This document shows positions 50,890 to 52,396 of a stretch of 52,396 bases of DNA, piece after piece. This stretch comes from Candidatus Woesearchaeota archaeon. GTDB lineage: Archaea > Nanobdellota > Nanobdellia > SCGC-AAA011-G17 > GW2011-AR18. The stretch covers positions 1 through 52,396 of the forward strand of contig JAGVZW010000001.1 in assembly GCA_018302235.1 (NCBI GenBank), read 5' to 3'. The notes beneath the pieces are model-generated. The model was not told the origin of the DNA. It did not search any database and saw nothing but the letters and a program-made list of their open reading frames with translations. Within the stretch, counting starts at the first letter, position 1. Each line of letters opens with the position of its first letter. A program made the translations under genes and the position numbers.

Positions 50890-51804
50890 CTATACTAAAG
50901 ATCTTCTATATGAAAAAATAACAAGAACAACAAAGACAAGTAAAATAAACAAAACAACTAAATTCATCCAATTTTCTTTAATCACATCATAATAAGTATC
51001 TCTTTGATCATCCCTATCTACATACAAAAGATAAGTGCCAACACCCAAAGAATCCTCATAAGTCACCTTAACCACAAAAACATACTCACCATAATGTAAA
51101 TTCTCAGGCAACATTAAAGACTTATCATAACCAATATCCTCTCCAACTATTAAACTCTCCTTTTCACTGTAGTAACTAATCCCATCAGTATCTACTAAAC
51201 TATATTCAACATCTACATTCCTCTTTTCTCCAATTAAGTTAAACAAACGCACAGTTAATATTACTTGCTCACCAGGTTCAGAAATTGTATATTCAGGAGC
51301 CACATCAATATTTACATCAAAATCAACATTCTTTGTTTCAACCTCAAATATTAATGGCAAATATATCTCATCATCATTAACCCTAAAATTCAATCTTCCA
51401 ACATAAACCCCCTTAGAAGTGCCAGTAAAATTTAATTTAATGTTTGCTTGATCAAATAATTCAAATTCACTTCTATCGAGAACAACATCCTGTAAAGTAT
51501 CATCAACCCTGACAAACAAAGAATCAAATCCTAAATTACGCACACCAATATTTTTCTCTATATTCTCTCCCTCCTTTATCATAAGCTTAACAAGAACCTC
51601 ATTAACATCCAAATACCTATTATTTTTATCCATAAAAACCCTTACATAAACACCGTAGAATTTATCCTTCAAAACACCATAACAATATTTAACAGCATTC
51701 AAACTATAATCATTCCTCTTATACGCACCAAAATAAAAAACTATTCCTATTATCAAAAAGATAATAGTTATTCCAGCAAACAGCCAACCTTTTTTCATAT
51801 GCAT
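50890..51804 (-). CDS. Membrane-anchored surface protein with Ig-like beta domains
   Basis: N- and C-terminal TM segments flanking beta-sandwich-like repeats (PGEQV.LTVRLFN..YGEYVFVVKVTY). Start placed after the TATA near 51825. Confidence 0.7.
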   Translation of the reverse strand: MHMKKGWLFAGITIIFLIIGIVFYFGAYKRNDYSLNAVKYCYGVLKDKFYGVYVRVFMDKNNRYLDVNEVLVKLMIKEGENIEKNIGVRNLGFDSLFVRVDDTLQDVVLDRSEFELFDQANIKLNFTGTSKGVYVGRLNFRVNDDEIYLPLIFEVETKNVDFDVNIDVAPEYTISEPGEQVILTVRLFNLIGEKRNVDVEYSLVDTDGISYYSEKESLIVGEDIGYDKSLMLPENLHYGEYVFVVKVTYEDSLGVGTYLLYVDRDDQRDTYYDVIKENWMNLVVLFILLVFVVLVIFSYRRSLV

Positions 51805-51895
51805 AAAAATATATTTTATATAATTTATAAAGATTATCCAAACACCCGCCAAAGTTAATATCATAAAAATACCCTTTTAACAGATTAATCATATT

Positions 51896-52396
51896 TTAGA
51901 ATCCTATAATTTTATTACTAATCTTTATCTTTTTCTTCATCAAAAAAACCCTTCTCTTTCTCAACCAAATAAATAATATTATCATCAATAAAAATAAAAT
52001 TAAAATATTAAAATACAAACCATTTATCTTAAAACCACTTTTTTCTATAACAAATAATTTATTATCACTATCATATTCTCCATCCCTAGTCGCCTCTAAA
52101 CCAAAAACATATATCCCTTCTTTTAAATCCAAATCACTCAATAACTTAACAAAGCTCCCCCCATCTACACTATCATTACCCTCATAAACAACATTTCCAG
52201 TCAAATCCTTAATAAAATACCTTAAATCAGCATCCTCATTTATTGTTATCTGAGATTTTAAATCATCACCAATATTATAATTTATTCTATCTAAATCCAA
52301 ACTAACCTCTAAAATACTTGCATCTCCATCTACAGTCACAACAACTGGTAGATTTATTTCATAAGGATTATCACTAACTAAAACCAAAGAACCAAC
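51896..52396 (-). CDS. Membrane-anchored surface protein, 3' part (truncated by the window edge)
   Basis: Beta-rich Ig-like segment (YNIGD..EGIYVFGLEAT) plus C-terminal TM and basic tail, resembling the neighbouring gene. Confidence 0.65.
   Translation of the reverse strand, partial: VGSLVLVSDNPYEINLPVVVTVDGDASILEVSLDLDRINYNIGDDLKSQITINEDADLRYFIKDLTGNVVYEGNDSVDGGSFVKLLSDLDLKEGIYVFGLEATRDGEYDSDNKLFVIEKSGFKINGLYFNILILFLLMIILFIWLRKRRVFLMKKKIKISNKIIGF

Overview
AT-rich chromosomal window from a small-genome archaeon, most consistent with DPANN (Woesearchaeota/Pacearchaeota-like). This is an inference from the archaeal TBP, MCM, RFC, aIF2-beta, aRF1, Rpo10, Rpp21 and DHS genes, the many TATA boxes about 25 nt upstream of start codons, the tight gene packing and the unlinked 5S rRNA. 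Layout: (1) 0-11 kb holds replication, transcription and translation genes (rfcL, rfcS, TRAM, IleRS, TBP, MCM, RPA32-like, aIF2-beta, DUF424, short NMD3) plus a palindrome-rich non-coding gap that may be an origin. (2) 11-28 kb is housekeeping mixed with hypotheticals (M3-like peptidase, aRF1, ValRS, Rpp21, SprT-like, MacB-type ABC plus COG1361, Rpo10, tRNA-Gly, MetRS, tRNA-Val, VIT1, DUF362). (3) 29-45 kb is a surface-glycosylation cluster with five GT4s, two GT-C, two cobalamin-dependent radical SAM enzymes and two methyltransferases. (4) 45-52 kb holds bacterial-type groES-groEL, DHS, a tRNA-Ile(GAU) interrupted by two introns, a shortened 5S rRNA and membrane-anchored surface proteins. The most notable observations are the two-intron tRNA-Ile, an IleRS with both class I signature motifs altered (GVHH and AMHKS), a reversed strand-bias segment next to the candidate origin, a cryptic membrane-protein frame with three in-frame stops running into aIF2-beta, and an apparent ACG start codon for rpo10. 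No CRISPR array, transposase, integrase or intein was recognised. I found no unambiguous wholly new multi-gene system. The best candidates are the B12-radical-SAM glycan-modification locus and the membrane-protein cluster at the right end. All calls are from motif recognition by eye, with no database search.
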